DNA from: Alphaproteobacteria bacterium | GTDB taxonomy: Bacteria > Pseudomonadota > Alphaproteobacteria > Micavibrionales > CSBR16-224 | DNA: 37,502 nucleotides | Reading direction: 5' to 3' | NCBI GenBank assembly: GCA_006226225.1 | Contig: SBHI01000063.1 | Coordinates: 1-37,502 of the forward strand | Shown here: piece after piece, positions 16,706 to 26,685 of the stretch | Layout of the letters: every line of letters starts with the position of its first letter | How positions within the stretch are numbered: position 1 is the first letter of the stretch | The notes under the pieces: model-generated | The model's input: the letters and a program-made list of their open reading frames with translations, nothing else | Database searches by the model: none | Told to the model about the DNA's origin: nothing | Program-made: the position numbers and the translations under genes

Positions 16706-18157
16706 ATGCAATTCCTGTTATTTGTGGTGATCTTGCTGGAAGGATATATCGTCCTTGCCACGGAACTGCTGGCTATCCGTCTGGTTCTGCCCTGGATCGG
16801 CACGGGAACGGATGTTATTTCCATCATTATTGCGGCAGTGCTTTTGCCCTTGGCCTTCGGTTATCATTTCGGCGGAACATTCCGTAAACGCTGCCGTGAA
16901 AAAGGGCTGGGGCATATGTCCGTGCGCCGGAAACTGCTGTCAAACGTCACCCGTTCCACCCTGATCCTGTGTGTGGGATTGTCTTATATCCTGCTGGAAG
17001 TATTTTTCGGTGCGCTCAATAGTTTGGGGATTGAACAGCGGCTGCTGCAGCTGACAATTTATTCCGCAATTTTTCTGGTCTATCCGGTCTTTATGCTGGG
17101 GCAGACGATTCCGCTGGTCAGCCATTATTTTTCCTCACGCGCTTTGTCGGAAATGACGGGGAAGATGCTGTCTTTCTCGACGCTGGGGTCGTTTCTGGGA
17201 TCTGTCTTTTCAAGCGTCGTATTGATGGCGGTGGTCGGCGTGCATTACACGGCGGTTTTTGTGATTTTCCTGCTATGCGTGCTGATTTTTCTGCTGGCGA
17301 AAAAACACCAGTTCGCCTATATGGCGACGGCAGCGGGGGCGTTTGTGTTTATGCTGGCGGCCAATAGCGGTGATCAAATGCGCAGCCTGGGGATTGTCAG
17401 TAATAACGGCTATAACACGGTGCAGGTTTTTAATTCCGTACAGGATGAAGACACCCGCATGATGCTGCTGAACAACAATCTGTCATCCAGCTATAAAACG
17501 GGCGAGGGCAGTATCTTCAACTACGCCAAGATGGTACGCAAATATTATCTGGAACCGATTGCCAAGGCTGAGCCGAAAAAACAGGTTCTGGTTTTAGGTG
17601 CGGCAGGCTTTACGCTCGGTGATTTTGACGACCATAACGATTATCTGTTTGTGGATGTTGATCCCGCGCTGCAAAAGGCGGCGGAAGATCATCTGCTGCT
17701 GCACAAGCTGGGCGCAAACAAGAAATTCGCGGTTATTGATGCGCGCGCCTATGTGCATCAGGCGGCGGAACGCGGCGAGCTTTACGATATGATCGTGCTG
17801 GATACGTTCAAGGCCGGTTTTGCGATGCCGGAACATCTTCTGACGCGGGAATATTTTCAGGATGTGAAATCGGCGCTGAAACCCGGCGGCTTTATGGTGA
17901 TGAACTCGATTGCCAGCGCGCATTTCGAAGATGATTATACGCGCCGCATGGATAATACGCTGCGCTCGGTCTTTCCGCATCTGACGCGGATGGTTATGCC
18001 GGGATCGGGCGAAGACTTTAACGGCTGGGAAAAAACAAGGCTCGGGCGCGGCATGTATATCAGTAATGTGATCTATATCTACCGCAATGATCCCGCGGGG
18101 GATAAAGACATGGCAATCTATACTGATGACAAAAACACATATTTTTTAGATAAGTAA
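16706..18157 (+). CDS. Fused membrane (MFS-like)/spermidine synthase-like SAM-dependent transferase
   Basis: About 7 N-terminal TMs (EGYIVLATELLAIR), VLVLGAAGFTL, FVDVDP, DARAYV, YDMIVLDTF, PEHLLTREYF, LKPGG. GGAG Shine-Dalgarno before ATG 16706. Confidence 0.82.
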   Translation: MQFLLFVVILLEGYIVLATELLAIRLVLPWIGTGTDVISIIIAAVLLPLAFGYHFGGTFRKRCREKGLGHMSVRRKLLSNVTRSTLILCVGLSYILLEVFFGALNSLGIEQRLLQLTIYSAIFLVYPVFMLGQTIPLVSHYFSSRALSEMTGKMLSFSTLGSFLGSVFSSVVLMAVVGVHYTAVFVIFLLCVLIFLLAKKHQFAYMATAAGAFVFMLAANSGDQMRSLGIVSNNGYNTVQVFNSVQDEDTRMMLLNNNLSSSYKTGEGSIFNYAKMVRKYYLEPIAKAEPKKQVLVLGAAGFTLGDFDDHNDYLFVDVDPALQKAAEDHLLLHKLGANKKFAVIDARAYVHQAAERGELYDMIVLDTFKAGFAMPEHLLTREYFQDVKSALKPGGFMVMNSIASAHFEDDYTRRMDNTLRSVFPHLTRMVMPGSGEDFNGWEKTRLGRGMYISNVIYIYRNDPAGDKDMAIYTDDKNTYFLDK

Positions 18158-18167
18158 AAAATGAAAC

Positions 18168-18196
18168 TTGGCCTTTACAAAAGCTTTTTGTAGGAT
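18168..18196 (+). promoter_or_regulatory. Putative sigma70 promoter of petABC with a palindrome in the spacer
   Basis: TTGGCC-N17-TAGGAT. TACAAAA-GCT-TTTTGTA inverted repeat at 18176-18192. Confidence 0.4.
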
Positions 18197-18279
18197 TATT
18201 CAGTAATAACGATTACCGTGACGCGTACCTGTGAAAAAAACAACGGTTCTAAGGAAATAAAGGCAGGGGTTTAAAAAAC

Positions 18280-18816
18280 ATGGCAGCCAAAAAAGATTCG
18301 GAAACGCAAAGCAGACGGGATTTTCTTAACCTGACAGTCGGCGCAATGGGCGCAGTCGGTGTCGGTTCGGGACTTGTTCCGCTGATTGATACGATGAACC
18401 CCGCAGCGGATACGCTGGCAATGGCGACGACCGAAGTCGACCTGTCGGGTATCGAGGTCGGACAGACCCGCGTTGTAAAATGGCAGGGCAAGCCTGTCTT
18501 TATCAAACGCCGCACCGAAGAGGAAATTGCACAGGCAATCGCCGATGATGAAGCGGATCTCCGCGACCCGCAAAAAGATTCCGACCGTACGCAAAAGCCG
18601 GAATGGCTGATTGTCGTCGGGGTTTGCACCCATCTGGGCTGCATTCCGCAAGGCAGCAAGGGCGGACAGCCGAAAGGTGATTACGAGGGCTGGTTCTGCC
18701 CGTGCCACGGTTCGCATTATGACACCTCAGGACGCCTGCGTGCCGGACCGGCACCGAAAAACCTGCCGGTACCGCCCTATGAATTTCTTTCGGACACGGT
18801 TGTTAAAATCGGTTGA
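18280..18816 (+). CDS. petA: Ubiquinol-cytochrome c reductase Rieske Fe-S subunit
   Basis: Tat motif SRRDFL; CTHLGC and CPCHGSHY boxes; GPAP.NL. Confidence 0.97.
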   Translation: MAAKKDSETQSRRDFLNLTVGAMGAVGVGSGLVPLIDTMNPAADTLAMATTEVDLSGIEVGQTRVVKWQGKPVFIKRRTEEEIAQAIADDEADLRDPQKDSDRTQKPEWLIVVGVCTHLGCIPQGSKGGQPKGDYEGWFCPCHGSHYDTSGRLRAGPAPKNLPVPPYEFLSDTVVKIG

Positions 18817-18851
18817 TTTGACCATAAAAAACATAAAGAGAATGAACGAAC

Positions 18852-20144
18852 ATGGCCGCGAAACTGAATAAATCAAGCTTTGAAAATCCTGTCATTCGCT
18901 GGGTAGACGAACGTCTGCCTATTTTTACAATGATGGATAAGGAATACGGCGCTTATCCGACGCCGAAAAATTTCAACTATTTCTGGAATTTCGGTGCCAT
19001 TGCGATGGTGATGCTGATGCTGATGATCGCGACCGGTATCTTTCTGGCGATGAATTACACACCGCATACATCGATGGCTTTTGACAGCGTCGAGCGTATT
19101 ATGCGCGATGTCAATTACGGCTGGATGCTGCGCTATCTTCATATGAACGGTTCGCATTTCTTCTTCTTCGCCGTCTATGTCCATATTTTCCGCGGTCTTT
19201 ACTACGGGTCGTACAAACAGCCGCGCGAGCTGCTGTGGATGTTCGGCGTGTTGATCTTCCTTTTGATGATGGCAACGGCCTTTATGGGCTATTCGCTGCC
19301 GTGGAGCCAGATGTCGGGTTGGGGCGTGAACGTCATTACCAATCTGTTCTCGGCCATTCCGTTCTTCGGTGATTCTATTGTGACATGGCTGTGGGGCGGC
19401 CCCTCGGTCGGTAATCCGACGCTGAACCGCTTCTTTGCACTGCACTTCCTGCTGCCTTTCGTGATTGTCGGCGTGGTGTTCCTGCATGTCTGGGCCTTGC
19501 ACATCACGGGTTCAAACAACCCGTCCGGTGTTGAACCTGCCAATAAAAAGGACACGGTTCCTTTCCACCCCTATTACACGATCAAAGACACATTCGGCCT
19601 GACCGTCTTTATGATCGCCTATATGCTGATCGTGTTCTTTGCGCCGCTGGCGGCAACGCATGCCGATCACTTTGTGCCATTCGACCCGATGGTCACGCCG
19701 CAGCATATCGTGCCGGAATGGTACTTCCTGCCATTTTACGCCATCCTGCGCTCATTTACGGTTGACCTGCATATTCCGTTTACCGGTTTTATCATTGAAC
19801 ACGGCATTGTGTTTACGGCGAAACTGCAAGGCGTTATCGCGATGTTTGGTTCGGTTCTGATCCTGTTTGTCCTGCCCTGGCTGGATAAATCACCGGTACG
19901 CAGCTCGCATTACCGTCCGACCTACCGCAAATGCAATTATGTGCTGCTGCTGGCAATGTTTATTCTCGGCTATGCAGGTTCGCAACCGGCTGAAGGTGTC
20001 ATGCTGACATTGGCGCGCTGCGCGACCGGATATTACTTCCTGCACTTCCTTGTGCTGATTCCGTATCTGAGCCGCAATGAGAAAACGCTGCCTGTGCCGA
20101 AAAGTATTAATGATGCGGTCTTGCAGGCCAAAGAGGGAGCGTAA
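18852..20144 (+). CDS. petB: Cytochrome b
   Basis: [43 protein letters not shown]. Confidence 0.97.
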   Translation: MAAKLNKSSFENPVIRWVDERLPIFTMMDKEYGAYPTPKNFNYFWNFGAIAMVMLMLMIATGIFLAMNYTPHTSMAFDSVERIMRDVNYGWMLRYLHMNGSHFFFFAVYVHIFRGLYYGSYKQPRELLWMFGVLIFLLMMATAFMGYSLPWSQMSGWGVNVITNLFSAIPFFGDSIVTWLWGGPSVGNPTLNRFFALHFLLPFVIVGVVFLHVWALHITGSNNPSGVEPANKKDTVPFHPYYTIKDTFGLTVFMIAYMLIVFFAPLAATHADHFVPFDPMVTPQHIVPEWYFLPFYAILRSFTVDLHIPFTGFIIEHGIVFTAKLQGVIAMFGSVLILFVLPWLDKSPVRSSHYRPTYRKCNYVLLLAMFILGYAGSQPAEGVMLTLARCATGYYFLHFLVLIPYLSRNEKTLPVPKSINDAVLQAKEGA

Positions 20145-20146
20145 TA

Positions 20147-20929
20147 ATGACAATAAAAGCGATGCGTATTTACCCGTTGATGGTGCTGGCTGTGCTGGCG
20201 ATGATGATGGTACTGCCTGCTGCGGCAAATGCGGAAGGCCAGAGCATGCCGCCGCCGCAACAATACTGGCCGCATAAAGGATTTTTGGGGCAGTATGATA
20301 AAGCGGCTCTGCAGCGCGGGTTTCAAGTGTACCGCGAAGCCTGTGCATCTTGCCACTCTTTGCGGCTGCTGTCCTACCGTAACCTGCGGGAGCTCGGCTT
20401 TACCGAAGCACAAGTCAAGGCGGTCGCCGGTGACTACACTGTGATGGACGGTCCGAATGACGAAGGCGATATGTTTGAACGCGCAGCAATCTCGTCAGAT
20501 CGTTTTGTCTCTCCCTTCGCGAATGATGAGCAGGCAAGGGCGTCAAATAACGGTGCCTTGCCGCCGGATATGTCGCTGTTGATCAAGGCGCGTCACGGCG
20601 GTGAAGATTACATTTATGCCGTTCTGACAGGTTATGGCACGGCACCGGAAGATGTTGACGTGCCCGATGGCATGCATTGGAATACTTATTTCCCGGGCAA
20701 CCAGATTGCCATGCCGCAGCCGCTGTCTGACGGTCAGGTGACGTATTCCAACGGTCGCTCCGCCTCCGTTGAAACTGCGGCACGTGATGTTGTGCAGTTT
20801 TTGGCATGGGCTGCCGAGCCGCATATGGAATACCGTAAAACAATCGGTCTGAAAGTTCTGTTCTTTATGATTTTCTTTGCGGGATTTGCTTATGCGGCGA
20901 AACGCCGTATCTGGGCGGATGTCCATTAA
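20147..20929 (+). CDS. petC: Cytochrome c1
   Basis: LQRGFQVY, CASCH heme site, PPDMSL, IAMPQPL, C-terminal TM. Confidence 0.96.
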   Translation: MTIKAMRIYPLMVLAVLAMMMVLPAAANAEGQSMPPPQQYWPHKGFLGQYDKAALQRGFQVYREACASCHSLRLLSYRNLRELGFTEAQVKAVAGDYTVMDGPNDEGDMFERAAISSDRFVSPFANDEQARASNNGALPPDMSLLIKARHGGEDYIYAVLTGYGTAPEDVDVPDGMHWNTYFPGNQIAMPQPLSDGQVTYSNGRSASVETAARDVVQFLAWAAEPHMEYRKTIGLKVLFFMIFFAGFAYAAKRRIWADVH

Positions 20930-20960
20930 CAACAGCCCGTGACATTTATTTTGAATTGCC

Positions 20961-20997
20961 GTAGCAGCGGGATTGAAAATCCCGCTGTTGCTTATTT
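20961..20997 (+). terminator. Rho-independent terminator of petABC
   Basis: GTAGCAGCGGGATT-GAA-AATCCCGCTGTTGC stem followed by TTATTT. Confidence 0.8.
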
Positions 20998-21058
20998 AAA
21001 TATTTTGCTAGGATGATAACTACGCGCATGCCGCGTTTTCACTCCAAGGAGAAAACTC

Positions 21059-22828
21059 ATTAGCGCAACTGCAGTGTTTATACACATCATTGGCGGTGTC
21101 TGCCTTTTGTTATGGGGCGTCAGCATGGTCAATACCGGTTTTAACCGCGCATTCGGGGCCGAATTGCGCCGCTTGCTGGCGCGTTCAACCAGCAACCGTT
21201 TTAAAGGCATGGTATCGGGGATGGCGGCAACGCTGGTTCTGCAAAGCAGCACGGCAGCCGTTTTGATTTTGTCTTCCTTCGCCGGACGTGGGCTGATACA
21301 GGTGCCGGGCGGTATCGCCGTCGTGCTGGGCGCGGATGTCGGAACAACGCTGGTTGCACAAATCCTGACATTTGATCTGTCTCTGCTGGCGCCGATCCTG
21401 CTGGCGGCAGGATATGTGACCAATAAAGCACTCAGCGGCGGACAATATAAACATGTCGGACGTGCGATGATCGGGATTGCGCTGATTTTGCTGGCGCTGA
21501 AAATGGTGGTCACGGTTTCCGAGCCTTTGCGCAGTTCGCATACATTGGCGGCATTGGTGGAATCGCTGGCATCCGAGCCGCTTTTGGCGGTCATGCTGTC
21601 GGCATTGCTGACATGGGTGGCGCATTCCAGTCTGGCGATGGTTCTGCTGTTTTCCTCTTTTGTCGGTATGGGAACCATTCCGCCGCAAATGGGCTTGATG
21701 ATGATTCTGGGCGCGAATTTGGGCGGTGCAATTGCACCGGTGATGATGACACTGGGTGAAAATTCCGTGGCGCGACGCATTCCTCTGGCGAATTTGACGA
21801 TGCGCGGTATTTTTGTACTGGTGACAATGCCGTTCCTTCCACTGATTGGCGAGGCACTTTTTGTTGAAGGGGGCGTTATTCACGGCGCATTGATGAAAAT
21901 CGGCATGGGGGATGATCGCGCAAGGCAGATGGTCAGCTTCCATATGATGTTCAATATTGCGCTGGCCTTCAGCTTTATTTTCCTGACCAAGCCGATTGCC
22001 GCACTGGTGGCAAAAATTCTGCCGGAAAAACAGGGAGAGGAAGAGGAAAAGGGCAAGGCACGCTATCTGGATAATTCCGCACTCGCGACACCGCCGGCAG
22101 CTCTATCTTGCGCGATGCGTGAAACGCTGCGGATGAGCGATTATATCCAACGCATGCTGCGTGATACGCTGGACAGCTTTAAAACCCATAATCTGCAGCG
22201 CGTGCAGGATGTGCGGGAGCAGGATAATATCGTTGACGGGCTTTACGAGGATATCAAACGCTATATGGCGCAGATGTCGGGGCAGTATCTGGATAAGAAG
22301 GAAAGCCAGCGTTATCTTGAAATTCTGACATTTGCAACCAATCTGGAGCATATCGGTGATATCATTGATAAAAGCCTGATGGAAATGGCGGCCAAAAAAA
22401 TCCGTAACCAGTACACATTTTCCGAGGAAGGCTTTCAGGAAATCGCCGCAATGCATGCCGTCATCATGGAAAACCTGCGTGCAGCGCAAAATGTCTTTAT
22501 GTCCGGCGATATGGATATGGCCTATAAGCTGGTGGAAGAAAAGGCCGCAATCCGCAAAAGCGAAATCCGCGCATCGGAAAGCCATATCGAACGGTTGCGC
22601 AAAGGCGTTGCCGAGACGGTGGCGACTTCCAGCCTGCATTTGGATATTTTGCGTGATCTGCGCCGCATTAACAGCTATTTGACGGCTGTCGCCTATCCGA
22701 TTTTGGAAAAGGCGGGCGTACTACATAAGACACATCTCAAGAAAAAACCTCTCCGCGGCAAAGGCAAAACCGCCTCCGGAATATTGCCTGCTGATCCTGT
22801 GCCGGAACAAGGCACTGATCTGCCCTAG
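21059..22828 (+). CDS. Na/Pi cotransporter family protein with PhoU-like C-terminal domains
   Basis: LQSSTA, LGADVGTT, HSSLA, LGANLG, LEHIGD. Probable ATT start at 21059 (AGGAG Shine-Dalgarno 7 nt upstream); alternative GTG start at 21074. Confidence 0.9.
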   Translation: MSATAVFIHIIGGVCLLLWGVSMVNTGFNRAFGAELRRLLARSTSNRFKGMVSGMAATLVLQSSTAAVLILSSFAGRGLIQVPGGIAVVLGADVGTTLVAQILTFDLSLLAPILLAAGYVTNKALSGGQYKHVGRAMIGIALILLALKMVVTVSEPLRSSHTLAALVESLASEPLLAVMLSALLTWVAHSSLAMVLLFSSFVGMGTIPPQMGLMMILGANLGGAIAPVMMTLGENSVARRIPLANLTMRGIFVLVTMPFLPLIGEALFVEGGVIHGALMKIGMGDDRARQMVSFHMMFNIALAFSFIFLTKPIAALVAKILPEKQGEEEEKGKARYLDNSALATPPAALSCAMRETLRMSDYIQRMLRDTLDSFKTHNLQRVQDVREQDNIVDGLYEDIKRYMAQMSGQYLDKKESQRYLEILTFATNLEHIGDIIDKSLMEMAAKKIRNQYTFSEEGFQEIAAMHAVIMENLRAAQNVFMSGDMDMAYKLVEEKAAIRKSEIRASESHIERLRKGVAETVATSSLHLDILRDLRRINSYLTAVAYPILEKAGVLHKTHLKKKPLRGKGKTASGILPADPVPEQGTDLP

Positions 22829-22841
22829 GCCGTAAAATTTC

Positions 22842-23981
22842 CTATTCGTTGAAAGCGCCGTTGTCGGGTGACAGGCTGATCAGGGTTTCATCATCATCGC
22901 CTGCATCGCTGCCGTCCTTGCCGGTAAAAAGCCGCCCATACCAGCGCCAGATCTGTTGACGGTGTTTGGTTTCTTCAGCCGTCAGGACGGGCAGGGTGCA
23001 GTTCATACGAATGCGTCCTGCGGCAATCATGTCTTCAAGCTGCAAGGTGATATGCCCGTCTTCGGTATGTGTCAGCGACACTTTACCGATATCGGACACA
23101 AAGCAGGCCAGACGGTCTGCGGCATCGCGCAGTTCTTGCGGTAGTGTAAAGCCGATGCTGCTTTGTCCGTCCCGCCAGATCATGCCGGGCGGGTCTTCCT
23201 GCAAAGCGGGAAAAGGAAAGCTTTGTGCCGTCAGGCGAAATCGGTCAAGTCCGCCATATTGATCTGTCATGGAAAAACGCGGCAGCGCGGTCATGTCGCT
23301 ACCATGGGCGGCAACACCGGATTGCTGTCCGAAACCGGCACGAAAGCCGAGCTCCGGCAGAATTTTTTGTAAATCAGGAGTATATTCACCATGCGGCCAT
23401 GCGAAAAATTCCGGCGCATTTCCCAGTTCTTCTTGAAAACGGGCGATAGCGCGGGTGATTTGCTGGCGCTGTGCATTTTCATCCATGCGGATCAGATGGT
23501 CATAGGAGTAAGGCATGGCACCGATGGTGACCAGATCATTGCGCGCCAGCTTCTTGACTTCGCGCCAGTTCAGATAAAAATCGCTATCGCGGTCAATGCG
23601 CTCGGGGGCCAGGAAAATCGTGAAAGGCAGTCCGGCTTCCAGCAGCAGCGGCACCGCATTTTCAAAAGAGCTGCGGTAAGCGCCTTCCAGAGTAATGCCG
23701 ACCGTATGCTGGGGCAGCGGCGTGTCGTTTTCAATGGCGCTGACGATCTCACCCAGCGGCAACACGTTATAGCCGGAGGTTTTCATTTCCAGCACATGTT
23801 CGCGGAAACGTTCCATCTGGATATTGGCACCGGGATACTGATCTTCACCGATGTGGAAATAAACAAAAAAGACGGCTTTGCTGCGATCCTGGGCAATGCG
23901 GTGAATATCCTCCGCGCGGGCGCTTCCGGTGAAGAAGGGCAGTAAAAGCATAGTACAGAGGATGAGAAGGCGCTTTCCCAT
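22842..23981 (-). CDS. Exported polysaccharide deacetylase-family (CE4/NodB) protein with a degenerate active site
   Basis: Signal peptide (SARA-E), FFVYFHIGE, GITLEGAY, PFTIF, LNWREVK, FAWPHGEY, FGQQSG, LPRF. Start moved to ATG 23981. Confidence 0.8.
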   Translation of the reverse strand: MGKRLLILCTMLLLPFFTGSARAEDIHRIAQDRSKAVFFVYFHIGEDQYPGANIQMERFREHVLEMKTSGYNVLPLGEIVSAIENDTPLPQHTVGITLEGAYRSSFENAVPLLLEAGLPFTIFLAPERIDRDSDFYLNWREVKKLARNDLVTIGAMPYSYDHLIRMDENAQRQQITRAIARFQEELGNAPEFFAWPHGEYTPDLQKILPELGFRAGFGQQSGVAAHGSDMTALPRFSMTDQYGGLDRFRLTAQSFPFPALQEDPPGMIWRDGQSSIGFTLPQELRDAADRLACFVSDIGKVSLTHTEDGHITLQLEDMIAAGRIRMNCTLPVLTAEETKHRQQIWRWYGRLFTGKDGSDAGDDDETLISLSPDNGAFNE

Positions 23982-24093
23982 TGCTTGAATACAGTCTCGA
24001 ATATCATTGCAATCTGACCCTAGTGATATATAAAAGAAGAGGAATTTGCAATAAAAAACCGGAAAGCCACCGGGCAATAGAAAGGAAACCGGC

Positions 24094-24717
24094 ATGCAAC
24101 AGGCGGAAAAACAGACTGCAGATGCGGCGCAAATCGATGCAAAGGCACAGGATATTCTGTTCAGAACTGCGAGAAGCCATAACAGCTGGCAGGACAAAGA
24201 TATTGATGATGCCCTGTTGCAGGAAATTTACGCGCTGATGAAATTCGGTCCGACTTCGGCAAATTGTTGTCCGTTGCGCCTCGTTTTCGTGAAATCTCCC
24301 GCAGCCAAGGAAAAGCTGAAACCTGCTTTGATGGCGGGCAATGTCGAAAAAACCATGTCTGCCCCCGTCACGGTCATCATGGCCAATGATTTGGAATTCT
24401 ACGATCATCTGCCGGAACTGTTCCCGCATGCGGATGCGAAATCATGGTTTACCGGCGCGGGCAAAGAAAAATATGTGCAGGATACGGCCATGCGCAACGG
24501 CTCTCTGCAGGCGGCTTATTTTATGCTGGCTGCGCGCGGTTTGGGACTGGATTGCGGCCCGATGTCCGGCTTTAATCCGGGAAAAGTCAAAGAGGCTTTT
24601 TTCCCTGATCGTAATTTTGAAGTCAATATGCTGTGCAATCTGGGTTACGGCGATCCGTCCGGTTTATATCCGCGCAGCCCGCGTCTGGGTTTTGAGCAGG
24701 CCTGCGAGATCGTTTAA
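24094..24717 (+). CDS. Nitroreductase-family malonic semialdehyde reductase (RutE-like)
   Basis: [47 protein letters not shown]. Confidence 0.88.
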   Translation: MQQAEKQTADAAQIDAKAQDILFRTARSHNSWQDKDIDDALLQEIYALMKFGPTSANCCPLRLVFVKSPAAKEKLKPALMAGNVEKTMSAPVTVIMANDLEFYDHLPELFPHADAKSWFTGAGKEKYVQDTAMRNGSLQAAYFMLAARGLGLDCGPMSGFNPGKVKEAFFPDRNFEVNMLCNLGYGDPSGLYPRSPRLGFEQACEIV

Positions 24718-24722
24718 ACCCC

Positions 24723-25427
24723 ATGTCCGGTAATCTGAATATTTTAGCTGTCGATACCGCAACGCGCGGCATGGCGGTTTCCGTCTTCCGTGACGGCGAA
24801 GCCGTGGTCACACGCGTGTCCGCTGACATGCGGGATCAGGCAAAAAGCCTGCTGCCCTCCGTCATGGACGCGCTGAAAGAGGCGGAACTTGGCTTTGCCG
24901 ATTTGAACGCTTTGGCAGCCGCGACAGGGCCGGGCAGTTTTACCGGTATTCGTGTCGGTCTTGCCGCCATGCAAGGGATTGCGCTTGCTTCGGGCCTGCC
25001 TCTGGCAGGGTTTGACAATTTTTCTTTATATGCCCTGCGGGTTGCGGCTGATACGGAAACAGACAAGCTTGTTTTGCTGGAAAGTCACCGCAAGGAATGT
25101 TTTTGCCAGCTGTTTGATCAAAACGGTGAAAAGAAAGATGATCCGTTTCAGGAAGATGCGGCGGGCATTATGACGCGTTTTGCGGAAAAAGAGGATCTAT
25201 TGCTGACAGGAAATGCCGTGCCGGTATTACGGGAGCTGGCAGCCGCAGGCTATCAAGCGCCGGATATCCCGGAGGATTTTGCAGCGGAGAATTCGTCTGT
25301 GCTTCTGGGGCGGATGCTGGCGGATGCGGCGGCAAAAGATATGAAGGATTTGGTGCGGCACTATCCGGCAAAGCCGTTTTACATTCGTCCGCCCGATGTG
25401 ACTTTCCCAAAAGAAAACGCACCGTAA
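24723..25427 (+). CDS. tsaB: tRNA threonylcarbamoyladenosine biosynthesis protein TsaB
   Basis: ILAVDTAT, GPGSFTGIRVGLA, C-terminal P.YIRPPD. Confidence 0.9.
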   Translation: MSGNLNILAVDTATRGMAVSVFRDGEAVVTRVSADMRDQAKSLLPSVMDALKEAELGFADLNALAAATGPGSFTGIRVGLAAMQGIALASGLPLAGFDNFSLYALRVAADTETDKLVLLESHRKECFCQLFDQNGEKKDDPFQEDAAGIMTRFAEKEDLLLTGNAVPVLRELAAAGYQAPDIPEDFAAENSSVLLGRMLADAAAKDMKDLVRHYPAKPFYIRPPDVTFPKENAP

Positions 25428-25442
25428 AACGGTGCGCTTCTT
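25411..25442. terminator. Probable bidirectional terminator overlapping the tsaB stop
   Basis: AAGAA-AA-CGCACCGT-AAA-ACGGTGCG-C-TTCTT between convergent genes. Confidence 0.6.
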
Positions 25443-25471
25443 AAAAACAGTCTTTACCTTATAGATAAGGC

Positions 25472-26560
25472 TTAACCCATATTGCTGTCATATGTTTTGA
25501 TGACAAGAATCTGGCCACCTTCGGAGCTTTTGTGCAGCTGTCCGTAAGGTTGCGGCGTTGTGTCGGCAAAAGTATCCAGCAATTGTGCCAGCGCCTCTTC
25601 AAAAGAACCGCTGAAAACATGCTCTGCATCAATACGGTAATCGTAATCGGTGGTCCAGTACAGCTTCACGCCTGCTTCCGTTGCCCATGAGGTGACGGCA
25701 TCACGCAGAGTTTGGCCGGGTTTGACACTCCATTGCGGCGCAGCGGCAACAACCGGTGCACTGCTCATGGTGTCGGATTCTGCGGCCATGCTTTTTTCAA
25801 TTTCCGTTTGCGGCTTGGTGCTTTGCGCGGTGACCGGTGCCGTCATGCTTGTAACGGGTGCGTCAAAAGCGGCATGGTCTTCACCGCCGGATACCGGTGC
25901 AGGGGCTGTTGCGCCGCCGTCATATTTACCGATAATCACCATATCGCGGTGCATGCGTGCGTACAGTCCGGCAGCGGCCAGTGTGTTACTCAGCACTTCC
26001 GGCCAAGGCGCGCCGCCCTGCCAGGAAACGGGTGCGCCCAGATCAACGCCCGGCTCAAAGGCAAAAGCCTGTGAGGACGGAATAATCTGGCGGATCGCCA
26101 TAACCAGCGGAATGTCGCTGCCGAAACCCTGTGCCATTTCAGCGTTTTCAACATAGAGGACAGGTGCTGCGGCAGGTGCCGTCGCAGCGGCTTGCGGCTC
26201 GTCGCTGACGATTTGTGAAATCAGGTCGCCATTGCTTTGTGCGGAATCTTCAGGATAGCTTTCCATACCGCTCAGGCTACCCAGTGTTTCGGATGTGACG
26301 GGGGCAGGTAAAGCTTCATCAACCATGGTGGCATCATCCATCAGCTCTGCGGTCGGTGCGGCACCGTTGCCTTCACCATGCCAGTGAATTTCCGGCTCCA
26401 TATAAGTCCCTTCACCCGGGAAGACGGTTGCTTCGGACTTGGCGGGGCCCTGCCATTTAAATCCGGCAACGGCATCGCCAGGCATCGCGCTGACACCGAC
26501 CACGGCGGCAACGGAGCACGCCATCAATTTCATGAACAAAGGCTGTTTTTTGACTGACAT
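25472..26560 (-). CDS. Exported TcpQ-domain protein (type IVb pilus accessory-like)
   Basis: GAGGA Shine-Dalgarno before ATG 26560. Signal peptide AVA-G. GFGSDIPLVMAIRQIIP..VSWQGG.PW domain. C-terminal WSVKPGQTLRDAVTSWA...W...YDY...FSGSFEEA, TcpQ-like. Confidence 0.72.
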   Translation of the reverse strand: MSVKKQPLFMKLMACSVAAVVGVSAMPGDAVAGFKWQGPAKSEATVFPGEGTYMEPEIHWHGEGNGAAPTAELMDDATMVDEALPAPVTSETLGSLSGMESYPEDSAQSNGDLISQIVSDEPQAAATAPAAAPVLYVENAEMAQGFGSDIPLVMAIRQIIPSSQAFAFEPGVDLGAPVSWQGGAPWPEVLSNTLAAAGLYARMHRDMVIIGKYDGGATAPAPVSGGEDHAAFDAPVTSMTAPVTAQSTKPQTEIEKSMAAESDTMSSAPVVAAAPQWSVKPGQTLRDAVTSWATEAGVKLYWTTDYDYRIDAEHVFSGSFEEALAQLLDTFADTTPQPYGQLHKSSEGGQILVIKTYDSNMG

Positions 26561-26685
26561 GGTTTTCCTCATTTCCAAAAATAAAAACTGTTCCATTAGC
26601 ATAAAAGCAAAAAAATCACTTTTCTTCAATCCCCTTACGCAAAGAAAACAGTGCAATGTCCCATTATTTGAACGGGACGGCGCGG

